A DNA stretch of 64,000 nucleotides from NCBI GenBank assembly GCA_038087875.1, contig CM075992.1, forward strand, positions 10,356,001 to 10,420,000, written 5' to 3'. Source of the stretch: Malacoraja senta (lineage: Eukaryota). Shown piece by piece: positions 31,901 through 44,252 of the stretch. The position numbers were made by a program, and so were the translations under genes. The stretch's first letter is position 1; each line of letters begins with the position of its first letter. The notes below the pieces were generated by a model. It was not told where the DNA came from and made no database searches. It saw only the letters and a program-made list of their open reading frames with translations.

Positions 31901-33603
31901 TGAGCAAATCTTTTATTAATATCCTTGGGTAGTGTTAATACTTCCCCTCTATCTGATTTAATCTTTAATATTGCATTCTCTTTTTCCCGTTTTTTAAGTT
32001 GTCGTGCTAGAAGTTTGTGGGGTTTGTCCCCGAATTCGAAGTGTTCTTGTTTTGTGATTTGAAATAATGTTATAACTTTCTCTGACAGTAATTTATTTAA
32101 CTGAAATTTCAGTAGTAGTATTTTATTATGTTTATCCATAGTTGGGTCTTTAGCATTATCTATATCTAACTGTTTTATTTGATCTTCTAAGTGTCTTTGT
32201 TCATTCTTATTCTTTTTATTTTGATAGGCTTGAAATGAAATAATGACTCCTCTTATAAATGCTTTGAAGGATTCCCATAATAACGTGGGGGATATCTCTG
32301 GTGTATCATTTAACTCAAAAAATAGATCCATCTGTTTTTTTAGATAGATACTCCCTTGAGGGTCTTTTAAAATTTGTGAGTTAAACCTCCAGAACGGTTT
32401 ATTCATAGACATTCCTTCTAGTTTTAGAACAAAAGTTAACGGAGAATGATCTGAGATCGCATTAATATGATATTTAGGATTCAGAGATTGCGAAATTAAT
32501 TTTGTATCCACTAGAAAATAGTCTATCCGTGAGTATGTTTTATGCACCATTGAATAAAACGAGTAATCCCTTCCCGTCGGGTTTGCAATCCTCCATACAT
32601 CTGTTATATTTGTGTTTTCCATATATGTGTGTAAGAGTTCACTGGTTTTAGATTTCGTCTGACCTTTTTGTTTTTGCATCGATTTATCTAAATAAGGATC
32701 TAAAACACAATTAAAATCTCCTCCGATTATAACATTTTGATAATTAGATTCTGCAATTATATTCAGAATTTTATTAAAAAATTGAGGGTTATCAAAGTTG
32801 GGCGCATATATATTTACCAGCGTAATTGGCATGTTATTGATCTCCCCTGCTACTATAAGATATCTCCCTTCCTTATCTAAAATAGTGTTCTTTGATTTAA
32901 ATGGAATTCCTTTACGAATAATAATTGCAGTACCTCTAGATTTGGAGGTAAATGAAGAGTGAAATGTTTGGCCTATCCAGTTCGCCCTCAGTCTTGTCTG
33001 ATCTTGCTGTTTAAGATGTGTTTCCTGTAGAAACGCTATGTCCGTGTTGTATGATTTCAACTGGGCTAGTATCTTGCCCCTTTTAATAGGTTCATTAATC
33101 CCCCTTATATTCCAACTACATAATGTGATTCCTCCTATTTTCTTTTGATTGTCGTCATGCATTTTTACCAATTTTAATGACCTTAATTATTGTGGTGCGT
33201 TCATACCTCCGGACTCTGGTTATTTTGGGAGTATTTCTATTATAGACTTCCTTGGTAGTTCTCCTGCGCGATTGTCCTTGAAGAAAAAACACACAGATGT
33301 GACATATTGTGATTAAAAAAAATATATATAAATCAAATAAATTTACGGTGTCTAAAATTTCAACACCGTAGTGAGTGGCCCACTCGTCTGTGGGGTACGA
33401 CATCCATAACGCTTCCGGCGTAGTTGGTATAAAGTTAGCCCCGCTGTATTTATTACCCAAAATCTATGGGGTCATTACCGTTTCCAATTCAGTTCTGTTT
33501 CACCCAGTTACAATTTATATATATGTCAAATGTATTCGATTCCATATCCTACTCACTCTTTATCTCTTAACTATTTTAAAATGAATTTAGTATTGTTAAA
33601 GTG
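28950..33603 (-). mobile_element. Fish-type L1, 5'-truncated within the inter-ORF spacer
   Basis: Poly(A) tail seen as a T-run from 28950; 16-bp TSD AACTTCGCTTTTCTTT at 28934-28949 and 33604-33619. Confidence 0.95.
29371..33162 (-). CDS. L1 ORF2 protein (APE endonuclease, reverse transcriptase, C-terminal Cys/His motif), 1263 aa, uninterrupted
   Basis: SWNIRG, LQETH, GGDFN, SRIDY, SDH; PGPDGF, SLDAEKAFD, RQGCSLSP, YADD, KYLG; CDKC..HSFVFC; first ATG at 33162. Confidence 0.96.
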   Translation of the reverse strand: MHDDNQKKIGGITLCSWNIRGINEPIKRGKILAQLKSYNTDIAFLQETHLKQQDQTRLRANWIGQTFHSSFTSKSRGTAIIIRKGIPFKSKNTILDKEGRYLIVAGEINNMPITLVNIYAPNFDNPQFFNKILNIIAESNYQNVIIGGDFNCVLDPYLDKSMQKQKGQTKSKTSELLHTYMENTNITDVWRIANPTGRDYSFYSMVHKTYSRIDYFLVDTKLISQSLNPKYHINAISDHSPLTFVLKLEGMSMNKPFWRFNSQILKDPQGSIYLKKQMDLFFELNDTPEISPTLLWESFKAFIRGVIISFQAYQNKKNKNEQRHLEDQIKQLDIDNAKDPTMDKHNKILLLKFQLNKLLSEKVITLFQITKQEHFEFGDKPHKLLARQLKKREKENAILKIKSDRGEVLTLPKDINKRFAQFYQNLYTSKTSIDNNKISEFLDNCNLPQLERREQEELGAQITSKEIEDTIKTLKNGKTPGPDGFSNEFYKSFYDIVTPRLQKMYTYAYKEQNLPETLAESTIILILKKDKNIEEPGSYRAIALLNTDQKIIAKTLANRLSKYVSRLIHEDQTGFIPKRHSFNNLRRLLNIMHSHKSYDEELAIISLDAEKAFDQVEWDYMIKVLQKFQLGENFIAWIKLLYNKPTARILTNNILSSKFELSRGNRQGCSLSPLLFALVIEPLAEKIRTHSNIHGYNTKYSNNKLSLYADDVLLYITKPQISIPNILNLIEDFGSFSGYRINWNKSEIMSIKPKDSTHLRKFPFKIAMEKFKYLGIEITRNYHDMFKANYNPLLKKLNNLIKFWKTLPMSLIGRINAIKMIFLPQILYLFQSIPIYLPKKFFKKLDSDITNFIWDYKSHRIQRTHLNKRKELGGLALPNFMYYNWAVNIKNMIHLLDNSAQQVDWIIMEKGDCSPNNIGAIILSPINLNNKNYNKNPIIYSTIRTWKQIKQNLKLRNLSLLIPIVNNPSFKPSIIDKAFIQWERMGIKTLEDLYELEKLLSFQQLQLKYNLKNNQYFKYIQICDYLKTHTKDYYNMPSDLLDEAMKTKAESVNLISYLYNIILNIEIPTTDGIRRDWEQDLGIKISKESWENHLLQVHKCSINVRHTLIQFKTLHRLYYSKTKLNKIFPNVSPICDKCICQEATIAHSFVFCTKIQKFWFEIFDIFSKLIKIKLVPKPEWIIFGISEGIPELNVYQKNLLNYGLIMGKKLILKFWKNAPTPTIKMWTSNMLETLHLEEMRFLLVGKVDQFQKTWSTFLDLLQA

Positions 33604-34007
33604 AACTTCGCTTTTCTTTACATGTAATGGAGAATTGGCTGTGTACAGAGATATTAGTAACTGTGATCTTATGGATGGCATGTTCAGTGCCCTCCATAAT
33701 GTTTGCGACAAAGTCCCATCATTTATTTATTTGCCTCTGTGCTCCACAATTTGAGATTTGTAATGGAAAAAAAATCACATACGGTTAAAGTGCGCAATTT
33801 CAGTTGTTATTAATGTCTATTTTTATACATTTTTGGTTTCATCAAGTAGAAATTACAGCTGTGTTTATACATTGTGCACCCCATTTCAGGGCACCATAAT
33901 GTTTGGCGCGCATGGTTTCACAGGCGTTTGTAATTGTTCAGGTCTGAGCAACTTTTCTTTCCTCCAGTTTTTTCAATCTCCTTTGGAAACTTGTATTGAT
34001 GTTTATC

Positions 34008-34945
34008 AGCACGAGGCCCAAAGTTGTGCCATACAAGTCGAAGAAGCCATTCTGAGACTGAGAAAGACGAATACATCTGTTAGAGACATCAGCCAAACCT
34101 CACGCTTACCCAAATCAACTGTTTGGATAATCATTAAGAAGAAAGAGAGCAATGGTGAGCTTACTACTCCCAAAAGGACTGGCAGGCAAACAAGACGTCC
34201 ACAGCTGTTGACAGAAGAATACTCTCTATAATAAACAAGAATCCGCAACCACTTGTCCGACAGATCAGAAACACTCGTCAGGAGCCAGGTGTGGATATTT
34301 CAATCACAACTGTCCGCAGAAGACTCCGTGAACAGCAATACAGAGGGTGCACTGCAAGGAGAAAAACCACTGGTTAGCCGCAAAATTAGGATGGCCAGGA
34401 TACAGTTTGCCAACAATTACTTAAAAGAGCAACAATTGTTCTGGGAAAGGATCTTGTGGACAGATGAGACGGAGATTAACATATCAGAGCGATGGCAAGA
34501 GCAAACTATAGAGGAGGGAAAGATCTGTCCACGATCCAAAGCACACCACTTCGTCTGTGAAACACGGTGGTGGGGATGTTATTGCCTGGGCACGTATGGC
34601 TGCTGAAGGTACTGGCTCACTTAACAACTGCTGATGGTAGTAGCATAATGAATTCTGAAGTGTATAGACACATCCTATCAAGTTAAAATAAATGTCTCCA
34701 AACACTTTGGCCGCCGGCCGTTTCATTCTACAGAAAGACAATGTTCCCAAACACAATTGAGCATGACTTTTATATGGTGAAGAGAAAACTGAAGGGTACT
34801 AGCCCCCAAAACTAGCATAAGTTAAGATGGCTGTTATACAGGCCTGGCAGAACATCAACAGAGGAGACTACCAGCAACTGGTGATGTCCATGAATCGCAG
34901 ACTTCAAGCAGTCATTGCATACAAAGGCATGCAACAAAACTACTA
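34008..34945 (+). pseudogene. Degenerate Tc1 transposase
   Basis: LPKSTVWIIIKK, KPLVS, ILWTDETEI, VKHGGG, QKDNVPKH motifs spread over shifted frames. Confidence 0.88.
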
Positions 34946-34963
34946 ACACGACTATTTTCATTT

Positions 34964-35660
34964 TGTGGAAACAATTAAATTAGAGGGAAAAAAAGGAAAA
35001 ATGAAACGTTACAGACATCAAAGGTTTGCTTCAAGAAACGTTATTGGATGATCTCATGGAGAGATGGCTGCAGAAAAATTCTCACCAGTTCTCTGACTTC
35101 CAAGCAGATTAAGCCAACAATTAGAATGCGAAGTAAATAACTTGTGTTTGATTTTGTTCGATACTATTCTACAAAGACATTATCGCCACATATTTCATTA
35201 TACCAGATGATTCATTATTCATAACATACAGTTCGTTCATATTAATCTTATTCAACAACAGCTGATTAATACAAATCAAACACTAATGTTGATCTTATTC
35301 TATCTCATCTTTCAAGCCGCCCATGCCAAAATCCCCATTCCGAGCCGAGCATAAGCCTCCCATTTACTGCAATGTATTTACGCCACTAGTGGTAGGGGGT
35401 GCGGGTGATCCACTGTAACCTCTCACAAATGTAAACAGGCTTCGTTATCTCATCCCATTTCATGTTTACATTTACCATCCGTAATTCGTCACATTCCTAG
35501 ACTGGAGGTCATACGTCTAATCTTACTTTGCCGATTCCCACGAACTCCTTCTGCACCTGGTCAAGCGAGAGCTGCCAAATGTCATATCCAAAACACCCTT
35601 TCGTACCTGTTCAATTCCAATCAAAATAAAATACGAAAGTATATTATTTTTTCTTCCACA
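34964..35660 (-). mobile_element. 3' LTR (~700 bp) of an endogenous retrovirus
   Basis: Inverted termini TGTGGAA...TTCCACA; adjacent polypurine tract (minus strand AAGAAGGGAAC) at 35661-35671. Confidence 0.7.
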
Positions 35661-35747
35661 GTTCCCTTCTTGTTGATATTTATTATCATCACTTACAGTA
35701 AGAAAGGTTAATAATATTTTCGCTCATTAATGAGTTGGAAAAATGGA

Positions 35748-35802
<55 letters not shown>

Positions 35803-36039
35803 AAATTATAATTTTGATTGAAACCCGTCTTTGAGCAAGCAAAGGAATATTGGCACAAACACAAAATTCTTATCAGATAAGGAAACTTGTTTACTTAGAG
35901 CAGCAAATTCATTGTTTTCTGTGTGAACATTTTTCTTTGATTTCATACTCCAACTTCACACTCATCATCTCTGATCGCACACAATGTTAGTACCGTAAGT
36001 ATTTAATTGTACAACCATGGTTAATAAGAAATATGTCTA

Positions 36040-36228
36040 CATTTCAATATTCTTTTTTAATCATCATAAACGTTTACGATTCTTGTGCTTCCTTCTGTTC
36101 GAAGGTTCCGTCTGAGTGATGCAATTTACATCTGGTAGTATGTACCCAATCGGATGTTTCTTTTAGTTTTGCTGCTCTTCCTGTTGTTCGTCGCACCAAA
36201 TATGGTCCTTTCCATCTAGAAGATAAAT
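36040..36228 (-). pseudogene. ERV integrase C-terminal remnant
   Basis: Minus strand RWKGPYLV motif; continues at 47307 beyond DIRS-A. Confidence 0.75.
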
Positions 36229-39200
36229 AATAGTAAGATTAAACGAGAACTTACCAGTTCGAAGTTTGATCTTTATTTTATGAGGAGTTACGATGAGGGA
36301 CTACGTGACGAATCCCGTACAACGGCACGTGTGTCAATCTTCAAAGCAGAGGTGTGAAATCACAGATAATAGTGATTGAAGTATAATAGTAAGACGAGAG
36401 AAGACTAGAACTACCAGATGATAATTATGAAGGTTGGGAGCGGAGGGCACGTCGTCCCTCATCGTAACTCCTCATAAAATAAAGATCAAACTTCAAACTG
36501 GTAAGTTCTCGTTTAATCTTACTATTTTACTTCGGAGTCACGTGGGTGCCTACGTGAAGATTTCAAAGCTCCGTGATTTCATGCCGCGAGAATCAAGTCC
36601 ACACAACCACTACTGCTTCATTGACAAACGTGGGAAAACATTCATAATGCATACAGTCATGACATAGATTTAAAACATGCTGATGCTGTTAAATGAAGTA
36701 ATCATAATAGTCCCATCTCTCATCCGGATGGAACCTATAAACAGAACGTAAAATGAGATTGAGAAATACCCTGCTCTGGCAACGGGTTATTATAAAAATG
36801 TTTGGAAATTCGTTCTTTTGACCAAGCTTCAGCCGTTAAGATGTGGTCCAGCGAGACATAATTAACCGTTGCTGCTGCTGTTGTAGCAGCCCTGGTAGAG
36901 TGAGATCTGTAATCAGTATCTACTCCTGCATAACTCATCTCCGTTTTATCACCTGGAAATGGTCTGATCTGATACGTTCTTATAAAGCTTTTTGTTACTA
37001 ACAATCATAGCTAGCTAAGAGCCTCGAAGGCTCTTGGTGACCTTGACGTATTGTTGTATATGTGAGCCCTCACATAACTAAAGATCCCTGGATATGCCTT
37101 GACCTATTTTGAGACCTGACACCCCTTCTGCTCTGCTTAAGTAAATTATAAACACAAAATACTATACATATTATTTACAGATATAATCATCCTGTCCCGT
37201 CGCAATTATGTAGCGACTGAACTGTTGCGCTAAACCAGCGCCAGGAGTATAGCTACCTAATGAGATCCGGCAAAGCTAAGAATATAGCTAGAAACCCCCT
37301 GGTGAAAATAGTGTTAACACAATGTCAACCTCCCATACTGCATTGTACTTGTCCTGGGAAAACTTGTGTTAAGGATATCCTTTACTAACTCGATATGCGG
37401 GGTGAACTCAACAAAGTGGATCTCGTTTGCTGCAGCAAATCTGATGGAAAGCCCCTTGGCACCGCTAATGACCCTATAACTCAACATTGTCAAAGACCAT
37501 TAGAAATGAACTCCAAGAGCTCCGAAATCTGTACCATTTTAAATGTAACATGAGCATCAAACAAACATTTCCCATCTCTTGAAGAAGCACAATACTGCTT
37601 TTTGGTACTATCCCAGCATTTTGAATACATACAAGAATAGGGGTGACAACCCAAGCCGTAGGCAGTCTATTGAGAATCTGTAGAATATAAATTGAATTTA
37701 TCATGCAACGGCTGATTTCCCGAGCCACATGCCGAACCGCAAGTTACGTTTAAAATGACCATATAAGGTTGCATTAATATTATTCCCGACAAATCGGGAA
37801 TTAAACTGCATAGGCCAATCCCACAGCTGGAACCTAAAGCGGGCTCTTGATGACTTTATTTGAAGCTCCGATTGATGAAGCAAAATTGAAGAAGACATAA
37901 AAGACCATTGCTCCTGCTTGTAGCGCGTATGTATCTTTCACCACTGTTAAGCCACACATTTTTGCAACCTGTGAATTAGCATAAAAACAACATATGTATG
38001 TTCAATGTTGCATTGAATCAGAATTTCTTAAATACGGTGTGGTCCAACGCCCATTCTGTGTTGTCATTGATCTGTACTTTATCATACTCCAGTGGCAAAT
38101 GAGATTATGTACCTATTACAGGATTCTTTGACTTGATTGCACCCATGTGACTATCATATGCCACCATCATAGTGTATCAACATGAAGTTGCGCATGCAGA
38201 TATGCATATTCGCTCAATCACTCTTTAACCCGTAAAATGAACGTAGGGTCTATAGATAGTTGATACCAATAACTGCAGAGTTAATAACTCATGCAAATCT
38301 CCTTCACCTCCAACGAGAGATGACATTCGCAAGTAACGATTTGTTATCAATGACCTTCATGACCCTCTATAGTTTGCCATTATGCATGCTGTCAGTTCTC
38401 CCACTTGCACAGCTGCGTAACGATTTGTTATCAATGACCTTCATGACCCTCAATAGTTTGCCATTATGCATGCTGTCAGTTCTCCCACTTGCACAGCTGC
38501 GTCACATCTATAACATTGCCAATTAGTCTAATGAATAGAAAGCTGCTTTATAACCACAAGGCTGTTCCCGGTTTCTAGTGACTCCAATCTGTTGCCCAGG
38601 ACGGAGTCACAGGCAAACTAATAGCCAAAGGCAAACCCCAATGACCAACTAGTCCATTTGATAACAACTTAATTTTAACTGGATAGAGGAGTCCAATTTC
38701 TCAAATATAGTTTGAGACTGAAACTGTGGATTTTAGCAAAATACAGCATCAACATATCATCCAGTCAATACATAACAAGTGTTTTTTTTTTAACTCTGAG
38801 AAGTCCTCTTTGAATGATTTATTGTCAGCATACTGTTATATTGGTTCATCATAGCAATGCCTCCAAAATCTCCGATGATCACTGTAAATGGAAACAACCC
38901 ATGAAATCAGTTGTTAATCAGCCATCTTTCATAATGCACAGGCCACTCCTGCCATCATTTCATGTCTGTCCTGAACGGCAACTCTGGCCCGATTCCAGAG
39001 CCTGTCTTGCAAGACAAACCTGTCCACAATACTCAGCCTGTCCGATAATTCTTTTTTTAAAATAATATTTTTATTAGAGGCAGGTACATATCATATTGAA
39101 AACATTTCATGTATATCATTCCTACAGTACTCATATTATCGATTGATATTAACTCTGCTTCTGGTATTTTTTTATATATAGGTAGAAAATAAGAGAATAA

Positions 39201-39319
39201 CAGAAAGGGAAGAAAAGGGATGATAAAGAAGAATGGAATAAATTAATAAAAGTACAACATTGGAGATATATTCGTACATTTTAAAATATAACTTTTCATC
39301 TAATCCTTAATTCGAGTTT

Positions 39320-42300
39320 CAGTCAGGTTCTCGTGCCGAACTAGTCTGTCCCTTCAAATAGTCAATAAATGGAGACAATGTTCTGATAAAAAGTTCTTGT
39401 TTGTCCATTAAGACAAGTCTATTTTTTTCCAAATGTAAGGTCTCCGACATTTCCATAATCCACATTATAATTGTGGGGGTTACAGGACATTTCCAAATTT
39501 TTAATATTAATATTGTTCCAGTTATTATACTATAGTCGATGAAGTTTCTTTGAGTTGTTGTAAGTGTTAGAGTTTGTTCTAATATTCCTAGTAGTATTCA
39601 TTTTAAATCAGGATCCAATTGAGTGTTGACAACTACATATATTATTCTAAAAATGTCTGTCCAAATGTTTTGATTTTTATACAATTCGCGAATGTATGAG
39701 TTAGGTTAGCATCTAAATGTTGACATTTATCACAGATATGGGAGATTTGTGGGACGATTCTGTTTAGTTTTGTTTTAGAATAATGTAAACTATGTAGTAC
39801 CTTAAATTGTATTAAAGAGTGTCTGGCATTTAATGAACATTGATGTATATGTTGTAAACGTTCATCCCAAGTATCTTTCGTTATTGCTTGGCTTAGTTCA
39901 TTTTCCCATGTATGCCTATATAAATCCGTCGATGGTATCTCTCTATCTAATAGGATGTTATATATATAAGTTATGAATTTTTCTGTATTACGGTGTTTAT
40001 TCAAACAATCATCAAGAATTTCTGGATCTCTAGTTCTAAACTTTTGAGTGCTTGATTTAACATAATCTCTAAGTTGTAGATATCTGAAAAAATCATTTGA
40101 ATGGAGTCCGTAAGTCTGTTGTAGCTCCTGAAATTAAAGAAAGGCGCCTTTCTTATAAGGTTGTCCCATCTTTTGAATTCCATAATTTTTCCATTGTATG
40201 AAACCTTTATCCAACCTAGAAGGTTTAAATGAAGGGTTATTCGCGATGGGAAGAAAGAGTGAAAAATTATCCAATTTTAAGGTCTTTTTTAATTGTTTCC
40301 AAATTCGCATACCACTACATATTATAGGATTTTCCCTGTAAATTTTGTTATTCAAATTTGAGGTAGTATGAACCAATTTCAAAGGGTAAACAATCTTCCT
40401 TTTCCATCTCTAACCAATCTGGCTGCTGGTCCATTTGTTCCAGCCAACAATTCATATTTTTAATATTAACTGCCCAAAAATAAAACAAAAATTCGGTAAA
40501 GCTAAACCTTCACTTATCTTTGATTTGCACAAATGTTTTTTGCTTATCCTATGATTCTTATAATCCCAGATAAAATCAGTGATGATGGAATCCAACTTTT
40601 TTAAGAAGTTTTTTGGCAGATATATCGGGATTGATTGAAAGAGGTATAATATTTGCGGTAGAGAAATCATTTTTATGGCATTAATTTTACCAAACATTGA
40701 AATATGAAGTGTTTTCCAATACTAAATATTCTTATGTAGTTTTTTCAGTAAAGGGGGGAAATTTAATTTAAATAATGAGGCATATGTCATAGTGACATAA
40801 ATTCCTAGATATTTAAATTTTTCATTAACTATTCTAAACGGGAATTGTTGTATTATGTGTAGATTATGTTCCGTTATTGGCATAATTTCACTTTTATTCC
40901 AATTTTATTCCAATTTCTGTATCCGGAAAGCAAACCAAATTGAATTATTAAATTTACTAAGTTTGGAATACTAATTTCTGGTTTTGTAATGTAAATTAAT
41001 ACTTCGTCTGCGTAAAAGAAATTGTATTCACTGTGTCTTTAGTATTACACCCGTATATTTCCGGATGGGTCCTAACCCTTTCAACAAGTGGCTCAATAGC
41101 GAGTGCAAATAATAACGGAAATAGCGGGCATCCTTGTCTACAGCCTCTAGATAAATTAAATTTAGTTGATAACATTTGATTTGTTAATATTCTATCTGTT
41201 GGGTTAGCATATAAAAGTTTTACCCATGTACAGAACTTCTCACCCAATTGAAATGTTTCCATCACCGAAAATAAATAGGGCCATTCAACCTGATCAAATG
41301 ATTTCTCAGCTTCTAGCGAGATTATTGCTAGGTCTACGTTAGTGATTCTCTTTGAGTATATTATATTAAATAATCGTCTCAAATTATAAGATGAGTACCG
41401 TTTCGGGATAAAACCTGTTTGGTCAGGGTGTATTAATTTAATCATCACTGTACTTAATCTGTGTGCTAGGATTTTAGGTAATATTTTCTGATCGGTATTT
41501 AAACGATCAATTGCTCTGTATGAGCCTCGGTCTTCAGGATCCTTATCCGCTTTTGGTATAAGTGTTATTATAGATTCGTTTAAAGTTTCTGGCAGTTTCT
41601 GTTGAATGTAGGTGTACTCATACAGGTACACAAAAATGCTGGAGAAACTCAGCGGGTGCAGCAGCATCTATGGAGCGAAGGAAATAGGTAACGTTTTGGG
41701 CCGAAACCCTTCTTCAGACTAATACAGTGTTTGTAAGCGTGGAGAGACCAAATCATAAGTTTAATAAATAAAATTCAGAACCTATACCATCTGGGCCGGC
41801 TGCTTTGCCGTTTTTTAAAGATCTAATAGATTCTTCAATATCTTTTACTGTAATTTCAGCTTTATTAATTCTCTGTCTTTTGAGTCCAAACCTTTTAGAT
41901 TGCATTTTTGTAAGAATGCTACTATTCCTTCCGGCTGTTCTATAGTTTTAGCTGAGTAAAGATTTTGATAATATTTCAGAAATCTCTCATTTATATCGTT
42001 GGGCAGTATTAATAATTCTCCCGTGTCTGATCTAATTTTGTGGATTGTATTTTTCCCCCTCCAATTTTCGAAGCTGAAGTGCTAAGAGTTTTTGTGGTTT
42101 GTCTCCGAATTCAAAATGCAATTGTTTAGTATGCTGGTAGAGTTTTATTACGTCTTCTGAATATATTTTATTTAATTTATATTTCAATACAGCAATTTTA
42201 TTATGGTTTATCGTAGATGGCGCAGACGCATTTTCTATATCTAATTGCTTTATTTCCCTTTCCAGTATCTGTTGCTTAACCAGGTTCTCTTTATTATAAA

Positions 42301-43236
42301 AAAGCTTGGGAGGAAATTAATGCTCCTCGTACAAATGCTTTAAATGTTTCCCAAATAAGGGAGGCAGGTGTTCCAGGGTGGTGATTAGTCTAAAAAAAAA
42401 TATGAATCTGTTTAGTAAGATATTCCTGACATGCTTTTTCATTTAAAATTTAGGGGTTAAGTCTCCAATGTGTTTTTTTTCTCGGCCATTCCATTTAATT
42501 TAATCGTAAATTTTAATGGTGCGTGGCCTGAAATTATAATATTATGATATTTCGAATTGTAGGTAAATGGGATGAGCATACAGTCTACTAAAACATAGTC
42601 TATTCTTGAGTAGGTTTTATGTATCGGTGAGTAAAATAGATATTCTCGTACGGTTGGATTTTCGATTCTCCAGACATCCTTAATATTAGTGGTATTAATA
42701 AATGAGTTTAGAAATTCACTTGACGACGATTTTGCTTGTCTATGTCTTGATGATCTGTCTAAATACGGATCTAGTGTACAATTTAAATCTCCTCCAATTA
42801 TTAATTTGTATTGTGTGAATTCTGGGATTGTATTGAATGTTTTCTTGAAAAACATAGGACTATCAAAATTAGGTCCATAAACATTAAGAAGAATCACTTT
42901 TTTTGTATTTCGCTCTCCAACTAATACAATATGTCTACCATCGTTGTCCGCTATAGTTGATGTATGTTTAAAATGTAACACTTTACGGATTAATATTGCG
43001 ACTCCTCTGGATTGATGTGAGAAAGAGGAATGATACGTTTCAGCAATCCATTTTGCTTTCAGTCCATGTTGTGATTCCTTTTTAAGGTGGGTTTCTTGAA
43101 GGAATATTATGTCTGTCTTAAGTGATTTTATATGTGCTAAAACTTTTCCTCTCTTGATTGGTTCAATAATTCCTTAAACATTCCAACTACAAAAAGTTAT
43201 TCATTCACCCCCAAATGTCATATTAACGTCTTGCAT
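39320..43236 (-). pseudogene. L1 ORF2, disrupted
   Basis: Fragments GGDLNC/YSRIDY, HPDQTGFIP, RQGCPLFP and CDKC colinear with the 29371-33162 protein; stops and frameshifts; 3' end approximate. Confidence 0.92.
41626..41721 (-). mobile_element. 96-bp solo Penelope pLTR fragment with hammerhead motif
   Basis: Matches 8528-8620; 6-bp TSD ATACAG (41620-41625, 41722-41727); interrupts L1 ORF2 at LQTLY/EYTY. Confidence 0.88.
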
Positions 43237-44252
43237 ATTATTTCTAGGGTGGTCTGTTAAAGAGCAGATGGTACAACACACGACACCTGACCTTACACCC
43301 GAACATCAGATAGATGAATTTTAAATCTCGTAAATCGTTCTTCCGTGTATATCACCTTGAATTAAACTTATGATTCCATTCAAACTTAAACTTATAATAA
43401 CATTTAAAATAAGAAAAGTAATAAAGTAGATGATTAGTAAAGTGCGAAAGAAAGAAAAAAACGACAGTACATCTATACTTGGTGTAGTTACTGTTCGCCA
43501 CATTATTTTGGCTAGCATTCTAAAGACTTCCGTAGCGTTTGTAAATAAAAAATCCTAACTCCGTGCTTTCCATTAAAAAAACGATTGAATAAAACAATTT
43601 CTTGGGGCGTAAGAAAACATTTTTAAACCAAAGATTTTTAATAAGAAAAGTTATTATTCTCAAATTACCATATTAATCTCATTTTTATGTATATCTTTTT
43701 TAATCGAAAAATAAAAAGGAAAACCCAACCCTTATTAATAAATGGCCTAAATTAAATCTTACATAGTCATATTTCATATAATCATATAATCATATTTTAG
43801 CTGTTTCTACGTAAACCAATTAATGTTAGTTATTAATCGTTAGTAATAGTCATTAGTAATGATGGATGTTTATAAATGTTATAAATGTTAATAATAATTG
43901 TGATATTTAGTAATTATTAATAATTAACTAGGATATTAAAATATAAATGTAATATATTAGTTATGTAATTAGTAATAATCAGTAATTAGTAACAATTAAC
44001 AATAATACTAATGTATAATTGTAATGTATCAATTTCACTACAAAAAAAAATTGCTCCACTGTCCTTATCAATTTTCAGTAATCCTTAAGTATACAACTTC
44101 CGAAGGCGCCATGGAGGCGTAGAGCTCAGTGCCTACTAACTCCGTGCTGAGAAATTTGCTAAATCGGGGAGAAAATCGGGACCAACCTGTGGCGACTGCA
44201 CCGGCTGCCTTCAACGAGTGAGTGACGTCATCAGGCACGCGACTCTAGCGGT

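Noticed and set aside
29371..33171. ORF-track start giving 1266 aa
   Set aside because: It uses a TTG start; the first ATG is at 33162.
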